Part shown: piece by piece, positions 49,886 through 61,699 of the stretch
Numbering within the stretch: position 1 is the stretch's first letter
Layout of the letters: every line of letters begins with the position of its first letter
Assembly (NCBI GenBank): GCA_011109175.1
Contig: RDEW01000019.1
Span: 681,482-745,481 of the forward strand
DNA length: 64,000 nt
Source: Dicyema japonicum
Taxonomy: Eukaryota > Animalia > Dicyemida
Direction: 5' to 3'
Made by a program: the position numbers and the translations under genes
The notes under the pieces: model-generated
The model's database searches: none
What the model was told of the DNA's origin: nothing
Seen by the model: the letters and a program-made list of their open reading frames with translations, nothing else

Positions 49886-50015
49886 TAAATATTGCTTCAG
49901 TTATTGAAACTATATTTTAAATTTTCTACAATTTATATTTGTAAAATTATTTTGTAATATTATCTTTCAGTAATTTACTTAACGGGCTTTTGGTCTAGAA
50001 ATAATAAAGTTATAT

Positions 50016-50122
50016 TGTCATACTCCGAGATTGGAATTTGAATATCCATACTCCGAGGGAACTCGTTCGCAATCCACGCAGCAGGCTTCCTCAACTGACA
50101 TTTTTTTAATTGTTAAAAAAAG
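50016..50122 (+). mobile_element. 107-bp 5'-truncated CRE retrotransposon insertion
   Basis: Absent from the paralogous site (about 32192-32200). TSD AGTTATAT at 50008-50015 and 50123-50130; encodes ILRGNSFAIHAAGFLN*; A-rich tail. Confidence 0.85.
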
Positions 50123-50414
50123 AGTTATATCTATTCGATTAGTCATCGAGGTGTTCTAGTCCATCCTTTGTTATCTTTGAAAAATATGTTTTTCATGACT
50201 TGATGTTTCTACATTTTCTTTAATAGATTAAATTTTAATTCTTTGTTTGTTTTACCTCATATATTATCTTACTTATTGACATTTTATAACCACCTTCATA
50301 ATTATAGCGTTTCCTGACAATTAACGTCACTTTCACGACCAATAAGGTCACTATATTTTTAATGGTAAAAAACTTAAAAACAAAAAATAATTAACAAACA
50401 AAAATTAAGAAATT

Positions 50415-50815
50415 ATTCCATGATAAAATTAAGAAGCATTTTCCTATAGTTTTTCATGTGCTGAATGCATTCTCAATCGGATTGGAAAATTGTGGGTAAA
50501 GCAGTAAATTTGGAACATGGTGGTTTTATTTCAATTAAATCGTTTATACCTGTATAATACGGGCATTATCAAAAATAAAGAGCCGGATTTCAATTTCCTC
50601 TTTATATCAATTTTTATGGATTCCAGAAAAATTAGTCATTGATGCAATGACTTATGACCTCTAAAGGAATGTGGTTTTGAGGTAGAAGATCCTTCTCCAC
50701 GTCTTGGTTTTGAGCATACTGCAAATCCAACGTAAATTATTATGTTCTTTTGTCCAATAAATTTATTTACCTTTATCTCAATGTTAATGATTAGAAAGCG
50801 ACGCTATTAGCCAGA
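50415..50815 (-). mobile_element. IS630/Tc1-like remnant, duplicate of 32470-32860
   Basis: Colinear similarity to 32470-32860. Confidence 0.7.
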
Positions 50816-51619
50816 AAAATTACGTTAAATAAATACCTATCAAATTTAAAATTTCGGGAAACCCTATAAATAATTAAAAAAATTAAAATAGTATATTTTT
50901 TCTTTCCGTTTAATGTGGCAAAGATATTTGTATAATATACCATTGCCTCACTTTTTTTTGCCAATATTATCGGGAGTTGGTTAATATATTATTTGCATCA
51001 AAAAAAACGGTGAAGTCTAAAGAAAAGAAATACGATAGGTTTACTTTACCTGTTCGAATTTTGTTATTGTATTCGAGAGAATTGGAGATACAGAGAGTAT
51101 ATCTTAATAATTTTTAAAGAGATTATATGGTCAAAGGAGAGTTCAGGAACATCAACCTGATTTCGAAAGCATTTCGGTAAGAAGATCCGATATATAGTTA
51201 AAACTGTCTCTTTTCTAGGCTCGCTTGGTTCCATGATAAAAAAGCAAGTAACTAACGTCAAGAAACTGACTGGGTGTCCCAAAGGATTTCTCTGGCAGTT
51301 GTCACTGGAAACATCCACTCAATTACTAGATTACTTTGATTGTTTTTTTACGTTTAACCTAACCCTACTTTTTTCATAATTCTAAGCTTAATACTGATCC
51401 TTAGTTTTTAGGTTGTTTTTCGGAATATAAAAATTATTCTGAATTTTCGAATTTTACAAAAAATATATGCTCTTTATTCGTTATTGAATGATTTTATGTA
51501 AAAATAGAATAAGGAAAATCAATATCTTAGCAATTTTATTTTTGCCAAACAATAATATTTCTTGGTAATTAAATAGGCAGGAAATAAATTTCTTGCCTGG
51601 TCGTGGTTCCTTTTTTTTT

Positions 51620-52150
51620 CACCCCAAGATCACCGGATTAGAAAAAGTTAAAAATTAACTACTAACTAAGTGATTCCGGTTTTCCGGGTTCTGGCTCTCG
51701 TTCGGGGTCCTCGAAGATCCAACAGAATTGGTAGAAACGGGGACGGTCTCATTCTCCATAGATTTCCCGCATTTTCTAGATAGTCAGATATAGAGAGTGA
51801 AAGCGGACAGCCGGTTTTTATTGCCCACTGAAGAAATGACTTCACTCTCCACCTTAGGTGTTCTTTAACATTCAATACGTTATCCACAGTTTTCTTATTT
51901 ATTATTTTCAAGGCAGCAAGTTGTGCGGCTTTTAATTTTTGAGACGACGATTCAGAAATCATCGAGCTCCAGGAGGGACATGCATATTCGATTACTGGCA
52001 GTATGTATTGTCTGTAAATTTTCTGTAGTAAGAAGGTGTTGTGCCCGATTGGTGATCGGACAAAATTTTCAATATGTTGGTCCTCCTCCTGACTTTGGTA
52101 ATAACGTCATTGACGTGTTTTTTGTTATCATTAGGAAGGAAATTTACCGG
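51620..52150 (-). mobile_element. I/Jockey-group LINE 3' fragment
   Basis: HVNDVITKVRRRTNILKILS..IEYACPSWSSMISESSSQKLKAAQLAALKII. Confidence 0.65.
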
Positions 52151-52749
52151 TAGGCCACCCATTGCAATGCAGGTAGTTTATCAGCATTAATTAATTAATC
52201 CCGGGTATACCGAGAAAGGAGTTAAAGTAAAAAACTAGTTAACTGGATCCAGTTTCCACTTCTATAGAAACAAAGTTCATCCAGAATCAGCATAAAGGGG
52301 AAAAGACGTCCATTACTTGCAGTTGTGAAAACCCCTCCAGTAAAGTGAAGGAAAGCAAATAATCCTTTTTTGGGCCAGTTTGACACTGGGCGCCACCTAG
52401 ACAGGTAGATCACATGACGCCACTCTAATAGGTAGGAAAAGAGGAGGAACAGACAAAACAAACAGAAAACTTCAACCATTTAGCCATGTAGCACCACAAG
52501 CCGCCACGCGGTTAATAATAATAGTTGTTTGCTTTTTTTCAAGTTGCTTCAAAATTAATTTTTCAAAAACGCATTCTCTTATGTTTATAATATAGATAAG
52601 CTATGACATAATTTAACATTTTTCTATTTAACCTCAAGTTGTTTCATTTGCAGAAATCGTCCAAGGAACAGAGTGATGAAGAGCAAATGATCCATTTTGA
52701 TACAACACTGTTACTTGGTGCCTGATGAGCCAGGTGGACGCTAAGATAA

Positions 52750-52990
52750 TTTATTTTTATTTATTTAACAACCAAGACAACGGTAAAACCAAACTAACTA
52801 TCACGTGATCCCGATGCGTTCCACCAAAATCCTCATCCTTTCCCGGTGCTCCTCTCTCGTGCCCACACAAGCTCGTACTGGGCGGCTGACTGCATTTGCA
52901 AGGCCACCTTCCGCATCCCAGCGTTAGTTTTATAAGGCCTCCAGAGTAGTCGGTCCGGTTCTGTGTCTCCCACAAGTCCACCGCTCCGTG
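52750..52990 (-). mobile_element. LINE 3'-end family A, copy 4
   Basis: VALQMQSAAQYELVWARER..WWNASGSRDS*; close to 57936-58155. Confidence 0.55.
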
Positions 52991-53158
52991 ACTCTGAACG
53001 CCTTACAAACTTAACGAACTAAGAGAACGTTAAAAATTAATTTTTCATAATAAGCCACAGAATTATTTTAATAAACTTTAATTTTTAAATTATTTTTGTC
53101 AAATTTTTAAAAATTAAAATATTTTTAATAATTGATTACAATTCAAATTTTTAATTTT

Positions 53159-53401
53159 ATGGGCTCTGTGAGTGATGAAAAATATCACGCGGCTTTACGT
53201 AGGGATTGGGTTGGGAGAGAACAGTTGAGCGTCATTGTGAGCTCAATATCGAGATTAGTTGACATCATGAATAAATTTGGTATAATTTAAACCCTTAAAA
53301 ATATAGAGGCTTCCTCAATGTGCAGAATATCAGCACTTAAAGAAAAACTCTGCCAAATCGAAGCTAAACTTAGTTACATTGAAAATATTTTTTATAATTA
53401 A
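53159..53401 (+). CDS. BRK1: BRICK1/HSPC300, SCAR/WAVE complex subunit; one 27-nt intron
   Basis: Intron 53280-53306. Product MGSVSDEKYHAALRRDWVGREQLSVIVSSISRLVDIMNKFEASSMCRISALKEKLCQIEAKLSYIENIFYN matches the remembered family pattern DWxxRE...SSIxxxxDFxNxF.xS.xxR...L.EKL..xE....YIE. Not in the ORF track. Confidence 0.92.
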
Positions 53402-53408
53402 ATGTTAG

Positions 53409-55130
53409 TTAAACAGGTTTTACTCCGTATTCTAGTAGAATAGTGTTTATAAAAGAGTAGTAAAGTAACCCAATCGCTAGTAGCCTAAAATAAAAAGTTG
53501 AATTACCACAAGAAAACTGTTTTCACGTAATTCGACTTTTTGCTTCCCTTTTTAGAAACTTTTTTCAAGTTTTGGTCAAACAAATCATTTTCGGTCAAAA
53601 TCTTTCGAGTCAAAGATTTTTTCTCGTTCAACAGATTAGTCTGTAGTTTATTTCTCCATTCAAGTTCGAAGATATTTTAGCGGTTTTAAGCTTGTATTCT
53701 GTTTTTTCTGGTATTTCATCATCCGAAATGATATCTTGGCAATAATTGTTTAAATTCCGATTTTCATTTCCCGTCCAATCGAAAATAATTTCTTGTAAAT
53801 CATCATTCTGCTTAGTATTATAAGCGGATTTGTTAGAGTAATTAGCAGGTAATCCATTTGCCATTGGATTTGTGTCAATTTTGACGTCACTTAGCATTTC
53901 TTTGCTTATAAAGTCATTTTCATTGCCCAGAATTCCATTTTTGGATTCTGAATATTTTTCTTTAGTGTTTTCCTCATCTTGAATATTAATTAAGTTGGTT
54001 TCCAAGGGAATGTCCTTTAATTGGTCATTATTTCCGGAATAATAGGAGGGGACCGAATCAATACCATAATTATCAGTGGGTTCAGAGGAACTATTGAAGG
54101 CATCTACTTTTTCTGAGTAATTTTCTTCGTCGGTGCTATATTTTTCTGACCCTTGGAAATCTTTGAATGATTCCCAAATAGGTAAACTATCCGTCGAGTC
54201 CTGAATCAAAAAATCCTTAGTGTCTGGAAGTGTTCTTTCCAAAGCTGAGTCAGGAGTTATAGAGTTTTTGTGAAATTCTTGGGCTCTCTTATCAAATATA
54301 GACAGTTCAGAAACATTCACTCCTGATTCTTGGATGGATTCGCATAAATATTCAAAATATTCAACGGAATTAGAAGAATATTTAACAGATCCACCTCTTT
54401 TAGGGTTTGGAGACGAGTTCTTGTTGCAAAATAGCGTATCGTCGTCGGAAAACAAATCCATTGACGCATATTTCATGTCTGTTTTCAACGAAGCTGAGTT
54501 AAATCCAAATTTCTTGGGTTTGTATGAGGAATATATATCGTCAGGTTCTATCTGATCCAATTCATCGAAATCTATTTTTCCTTTCATGTCTTTTATTTTC
54601 TCATTTTTCTCGGCAAACGGCTTTAAATCAGTTTTTTGATCGTTCTGAATCGATTTGTCAAAAATGTTCAAATCCAAATTAACTTTCCATGTTTTCTAGG
54701 TCATCAAGTTTCTAAATAAACCCCGAGATTGGAAAGAAATATTATATTGTTCCATGAAGTGCTCAGTCCTTCTATAAGTCGCAATATTGACTCCCAAGTG
54801 TCGCTGTCCTCTGGTAAATTAATCTTTTTGGCTTGAAAATAGAGTTGGTTAAGTTTATTAGGATAATCCGCTGTAAGCAATTTAATATCCTGAGATTAAG
54901 TATTTCTGAATACTGTGAGTGAAAGCGACTGCCTTTTCTCAGCCAGAACCTCCATTTTTGCTAGTCTTTTTCGAAGCTGTTCGTATGCAATCAGAAATTG
55001 GTTCAACGATCGTCTGCACGAGGCGTCTGATATTTCTTTGAACTATGGAATTTGAAATAAAAAAATAGCTGTTACAGAGCTTATTAGATCGCTTAGTTGA
55101 TTGTGCTTGACTTGAATGCTGCATTGGACT
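53409..55130 (-). CDS. Unidentified protein: helical N-terminus, long acidic low-complexity region, possible C-terminal membrane anchor
   Basis: The 349-aa ORF 53628-54677 extends upstream through 26-, 24- and 33-nt GT..AG introns in one frame. Extension downstream needs 1-2 single-base corrections and a 22-nt intron (53485-53506). Both ends uncertain. Confidence 0.6.
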
Positions 55131-56420
55131 TTAAATTAACTACATTTAACCTCATAATTATTTATACAAGTTTGTCCGATTTTTTAAGTATTTTATTTTT
55201 ATTTATTTAAAAATTAAAATTATAAAAATAATAATAAAATAAAGTTACTTTTTTGTTTTTGTTGCAAATAGTTCGCATTTTTTCAAATTTAGGTGAGTTT
55301 TCTTTTATAAAAGTTCGAGGACGATGATTAATGATTTAATTACGGATACTATTATATCCAATTTGGTTTCGATTTAAATTCTCGTAGGCTAATCAATACA
55401 ATATGTGGTTCTATCATTCTTCCAGAAATATAATTATATCTTATCACTTTTTAGGTTTTAAATCCGATATGTGAAGATTTTTCTTGTCAAATCACCACCA
55501 ACAATAAGTTTTGACCAGACGCAGGAGAATTAAACTTCACAGTGCGCCATAAGTTTGTCCTGCACTGTTAGCCTGCTAACTCTAATTTGTTGTCAAAATT
55601 AAGTTTATACAAATACTTCCAGTTAGCGTAGAAGTTAATAGGTCATGTCGGTGAGTCTGTGATGTAGCTTTGCTGCACCATGGGACAGATCTCGTACACA
55701 GAATGTTTTATTCTTCTCGAAATGTGTGTAACCTCGTGTTTCCCCTTCTTGGATTCAGAAGACGAGAACTTCCAAATACAAGCAAATATCGGATGCACCA
55801 AAATTCAAGTTTAGATCTTGTCTGAGACAAACTGGAGTAGTTCGGATTCGTCTTGAAAAAAAGAGGAACTATTAGTCAGTTATTGACGTACATCATCGGG
55901 TCCGGATAATCTATCGCGTCCGGGTGAATAATTAATATAGTCATCCAAAATTACTGTGAGGTAGAAAGTTTAATGAAAAAACAATATTGGAAAATTTTAA
56001 TTATGTGAAAGTCCTTGACGTTGCAAGGGACAACGATGTTAGATCTTAACATTGGTTTCCGCGTTACCCATAAGCAGATGAATACTTAGGGTTTCGCATG
56101 TGTTGTGATATTCACTATCCGTTCTACATGTTTTCTTCATACAACTCTCCTCCTCAATGGCTTCCGAAGTTCATCGAGTTGTCCACTGTTCTCAATTTCC
56201 CACCAATATGGGCATAATCTTGGCCCAGACGGATAGGAAACGTAGTTAGTTCTTTGCCGTCCACGAAAACCCAAAGTTACATTTTGATTGAAAAATATTC
56301 CATAATGAGTTACACAACACCAATACGGAGAATATGCCCAAAAAGGCGTCCGCAAGATTTTATCACTTCATCGCTTATCGGTCACATTTGCATAGTTAGT
56401 AAAGAGTCCTAGCCAGTAGA

Positions 56421-56700
56421 TTATTATTAGAACTTTCACGAGAGCCATTATATTTATAGCCCCCATGTGCAGCAAAAAATATAAAAGAAAGAGTTAGCTT
56501 GCTCCAAGCTCTTCTGTACCTCAGTGTATCCAGATCGTCACCAGATGCCAATGTTTTCCTCACGGCTTTCAGATCGTTTGTAAAACGACCAGGAGATTCG
56601 TTCTCGGTCTTTTACGAAAGCGTTTTACATTGAGGAGTAGTAATCTTCCATTCCGATATTCGGGGGGGGGGGATATCGGGTTCAACCTCAGGACGTGTCC
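56421..56700 (-). mobile_element. RTE-like LINE 3' fragment with tail
   Basis: Near-identical to 33606-33900. Confidence 0.85.
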
Positions 56701-56959
56701 AAAAAGTTTCAAACGAAAGCTAATGATCTCGAGACTTAATGGTGTACAGTCCTTTCCGCGAGATCTTGGATGGCCAGGACATTCCAGTTATGTTTCTTAG
56801 ATGATTCCTGTGAAACGAGTCTAGCCTCTCCAATTCTTCTTTTGAGGTGCCCCAGGTCCAGAGTTGTATAGGAAAATTGGTTTGATAAAGGTGTCGTATA
56901 ACATTATCCTTTGTTTTATGTTATAGATGACTACTATTATTATTATAGGCACGTACGCG

Positions 56960-57470
56960 ATGCCAAGATCATGACAAAGCATATGCAACACGAACAGTTA
57001 ACAATCTAATTAACATCGCCCATCTTTTTCGATCCGTTGCCATGTTCCGTAGCATATCTAGATCATCGTCATCTTTAAGGCACTTTACAATCCTCCTGAG
57101 ATCTTCATCTAGGATTACCGGCAGCGGAAACGCGAAGCCTCTAAGACAAAATACTTCTCCATTGCTATGTTGGCAGAGGTCCCATATCGTGGCAGAGTAT
57201 GTTTTCAAACAGCCTTCATCTTGAATCAGTAATATCACATGATATTGGCTCAGTTCTTGTTCTCTTTTATAAGATTTCGGACGGCATTTTGGGAAGAAAG
57301 GAGTGATCGGAGATGATTTCTGCGAAAAGAATTCAACTTTTCGAGTTCCTGTCCTGTACATGCCCATGTACCGGCATTATATAATAGGATTGGCATCACT
57401 AGGGCATTGTATAGTCTCATTCGAGCTTTATGCCTACTATTTTTATTAAATTTATTCATAAAGGTGAACA
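56960..57470 (-). mobile_element. RTE-like LINE 3' fragment
   Basis: RLYNALVMPILLYNAGTW..LNSFRRNHLR ... LPVILDEDLRRI..LATDRKRW. Confidence 0.85.
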
Positions 57471-57689
57471 AAATTAAGTATTTTATTTTGCAAATTTAAA
57501 AATTGTAATTTTAAAATTTAATTAAAATTTTATTTATTTACTTCAAAACCGGCTCGTGGTGAATGCAGTGGAGTCGTCTACGTCACTATTTACCTCTGAC
57601 AAAAGATTGGGACGGAGGACAGTCATCTTGAAGTTAAACAAGGTTGGCATCCTTTTCAACAGATGTCAAAGGATCTTGGGTGTGAAAAT

Positions 57690-58155
57690 TGATATGTATC
57701 TCTGTGAACACCACACGTAGAAAACATTCTATTCAAATGCGAGAAGAAACTGAACGTATTGAAAAGTTTATCGGGAATATGGAAGAGTGGTACTCACCCA
57801 ATCTTGATGAACGTGTACAAACAGTACATCGAGCCATGTTTCTCATATACATGCGCTTCTTGGAGACTGTCCATATTTTGGACAAATATGAGGAAATGCA
57901 AAAGAAAGATTACAGAGTAACGGAGCGTTGGATTTGTGAAGATCACCCGAACCGGACCTACGCATCTGGAGGTCCTTATGAGACTAAACTCAGATCACGG
58001 GCAGTGGCCCTGGGAATTCAGGCAGCCGTTCTGTACGTTCATGCGCGGGCATGAAGGAAAAACACCGGGCAAAGATGAGGTCTCTGTTAGAATGCATCGG
58101 GATCACGTGATAATTAGTTCGGTTTTACCTTTGTCTTGGGTTGTTAAATAAATAA
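57690..58155 (+). mobile_element. LINE 3' fragment, family A, copy 5
   Basis: ORF 57689-58054 followed by the family-A tail. Confidence 0.5.
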
Positions 58156-58379
58156 TGCCGTGCTTCCTTCTCTTTCAATAAATTCGCATGACGAACTAGA
58201 TATTATTCAGAACTATCTTCGATTTTAAGAATGTCCTCATGCAACAGAGCAGATAATTTCTATTATCTATCAAACTCAAAATGCTAATAAAAGTAAAATA
58301 GAAAACCAAAGGCAAAAACTAGTTTTGAGTTCGAAGCACAGCTACACGGTCAGCTGATACGAGACACCGCATGTTATCT

Positions 58380-59700
58380 CTTCGCTGATGACCATTTATT
58401 AAACCCCCTGTGGATTGTGTATCCAAAATGTGTAATATTTTCGTATTGAAACGGCAATTTCAATTTTAAATCGTTCGTTAAGCCAATTTGATATCTTTCA
58501 GATTTATCTAATAACTAAACAAGTTTTTTCCTCGTTATGATACCATCCTTGAAAACCAAGAATGGTTCGATACTCGCTACATATATATACAGAAAAGTCT
58601 TCGGACTAAATAAAAACGCAAAAGCGACTTCAACACGCAGTTGCTTTTTTCCTTACGCATTTGACGTAATCTTTGTAAGATCCCTTTGATCAGCACATAC
58701 TCCGAGGTACTTGAGACAACCCAGGGTCTTGGTTTGACCCATATTAACATAGTCATTAATTCTCTCCCTATTCTTCCCAATCCAAGAAATCGTAAATTTT
58801 TCCTGAGACAGAGGTAAACGTCTACACCGGCACTATTTTTCAATTTTTTTAATCTGTGCCGAAACCTTCTTCCAAGATAAATATTACTTTCGTTCAGTTC
58901 TAACATCGATGTACATAAATGATCATTTTCTAATTAGTGTTCCGCTTTAGCTACTTCACTCATCAAACAATTAAAAAGAAGTGGACTAGCACCGATCTCT
59001 GTGAAATCTTTCCTCTTAACAATTTTTTGAAATTTGATTTTCCAACACGATTCTCCACAGAAAGAAATTCACTTAATCATAGAAAAGCCGTACTCCAATA
59101 CTAAAATTCTCTAGTCTTCGTAATGACCAACATGCCAAGCACTATCAAAGCTTTGATATATCTCGATATGCTGCCGTATGGAATTCTTTATCGCTTGGAG
59201 CAATAGTAATAGCTATTCTTAACTCTAAAACAATCTCCAGTGCCTATATTTCGACGAAACGTCTACTTACCACACGTCGGAACATTCTAAGCGTACGTTT
59301 ATAAATTATTCGAATTTTCAATGATGATTTTTTTTTAAAAAATGGATCACTCGGAATTGTTGTCTGTTTCTTTCAATTCGACAAAATTCTATTGGTATTG
59401 TCTGAAGAACACCTTATTGGCCATCATGTAATCACAAAATGATCAAACTTGTCTCTGACAAATACGATAAATACATCTTCGATCGCAGAGACATGTGGAA
59501 TCATGTGGAACCGAAGGATAAAAAATCGGTTAGCCATAAAGATATTCGAATTAAAATTTGCAAAATGTATCGATTTTAAAGGCATAGTCATCATGAGACG
59601 GGAAATTTGCAAAATGCATCGATTTTGGAAGACACGGTTATCATGTACGGTTTTTAGTTATTTATGGTGAATCGAGTTCCGAAGAATTTGATTCAAATAA
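58380..59700 (-). mobile_element. Degenerate RTE-clade LINE, second subfamily (endonuclease and RT remnants)
   Basis: NESNIYLG..; MANRFF..DKFDH endonuclease-like remnant. Confidence 0.45.
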
Positions 59701-60094
59701 GGAGACTTAGACTTATTTCGAGAATATAAGAACAAAATGTAAGAAAACACCAATATAAACTTTGAAAGCAAATCGGGGACTTTATAACTGTCAAAAAGGA
59801 TTTTGACGACAATCCTCATTCAAAAAAGTGTCCAGTAAACAGTTTTCTTGCGAGAGGGAGTAAAGAGTAATTAACAAAACTCGCATTCGGTTGTGGTTAA
59901 AGATATTACAGGTAACAAACAAAAATATACAAAAAAAATAAATTAAAAATCAGTACATGCTAAAAATTTTCTTTTTAAGCTTCATCAGAATAGAATTGTT
60001 AAATCAGGACTTCTAAATCCTCTCAGGCTCTCCAGAGAATATTCAACGCTAACCTAAGATTACCTACAGGATTGGAAGCTATCCATCTCTTTAG

Positions 60095-60620
60095 CCCTGA
60101 CTGCGTGGATAGTCCCTCTCAGGATTGTAAACTGTATTCGCTGCCAGCAGCAGCGCTCGCTAAATCGAATTCCTAGTTGATCCAGAAAAGCATCTTATTT
60201 CAGTAAATAATGATAAGCAAGTATATTTTATAAAGAAAAAAAACTTTGGCCTTTTCTGGGAATGTAATTATGTGGTTTTTGAAATTTCATATTTAATTAC
60301 ACTAATTGCGACTTTCTTGATTATTTAAGCGTTCAACGCGTCAGCTAACAAATGCACTTCTACTTCTTGTTCTGATTATGTTTTCACCAATAAGTTAATA
60401 TTTATTTTTTTCAACTATTAGTCAAAATGAAGAAAATTGCGTTGACATGGAATCACTTGATGACCCTTACTGCTACCTTACGGACGTTTATGTTGAAGAA
60501 TGCGGAAGGAACGTTAAGAAATTAGCCTGCGCTTAACATTAATTTATTCTCTCTCACTAATAATTTCGATTAATAACAATCTTTAATTTATTTTATTTAA
60601 AATTCACAATCAAAAAAGAT
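60095..60620. repeat. About 500-bp dispersed duplication, copy 2 (peptide gene frameshifted)
   Basis: Matches 12950-13460; two single-A deletions break the 52-aa frame. Confidence 0.92.
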
Positions 60621-61699
60621 AATTAAATATGCTAGTTCTGCCTGGAGATTTCCTTTCCCTCTCTGAGGATCGAAGTTATAAACTCTCTCAGGCGTAAAAC
60701 GACGTGGCTCATGGAAACTGACAATTCATCTATCACCAGGTTCACTTTCCGAGAAGACGAAACTGAGAATTCACAGGGTTTGCCACGTTTCTGCAAGGAG
60801 CTAGGAAACCAATCCTGAGAAAGACTGACTCATGCAGAGGAATTCCGATCGGCCATAAGAGAATTCCTCTGCAGACACAAAAACACAAAGTTTCCAGAGA
60901 GAAGTTGAGTCTCTGGCGGAACATTTTAGGAGAGTTCGAGAGATATTGGAGGCTGGGATAATTTAATTAGTAGATTTGACCTTTCTTCTTGATCTTGGGG
61001 TCTAAATAAAATAAAAATCAAAAAGTGAGCACTACACATAAAATTAGATCAGTCTTCTAAAATTTCTATTATTCGAGGTGTCAAAATCGCACTAAAGTAT
61101 CTGTCACTTATTTTCAGAGATGACCCTGTATTTACGGATTTTTTGGAGAGACTGTCAGGGTAGAAGTCGGTTTACATTCTATATCGTTTTATATTACTTC
61201 CCCATCACTCAATTTACAGTGTTTTTTCTTTATAATAACTTACTTAACTTAAAATTTCTATTGACATTATTCGCCATACTGTTAGTTAATGAAAGTTTTA
61301 GAATTTAAACTTTTTGGCCGTCGCGTTGCTACGGCAAGTGAAATAAATGTTGAAGTGCAATTATACGCCACAAAAAGACAGAGAAGCCTAAAGGGAAGAA
61401 GCACGGAAGGTTCCTGGACCGGTTCACGTTTTACGCTATTGTTGCCGAGACAACTGGAGCCTTTATGGAAATCGCCAAAGCGTCTAATTATCGGATTCCC
61501 TAGTCGACCAAGAAATTCTAGTGTCTAAGGTCCAATGGCATTGGGGACTCTATAGTAAGAGGAGTATAAAATTTTAATTACAATTTAGAAAAAAATATAA
61601 TTATAAAAGTCTTAATTAAACACACACAGTCGAATTATTAATTACCTAATTTATTAGATAATTGAAATCTGAGTGCGGGTCGTTTCCCCAGGCACTCCT

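Noticed and set aside
50016-50100. Solo LTR (TGTCA...TGACA ends)
   Set aside because: The TSD lies 22 nt beyond TGACA, after an A-rich tail, and the sequence encodes the CRE C-terminus.
50900-51320. Host gene around ORF 51064-51318
   Set aside because: One good 33-nt intron candidate, but no recognisable product and no stop-free assembly.
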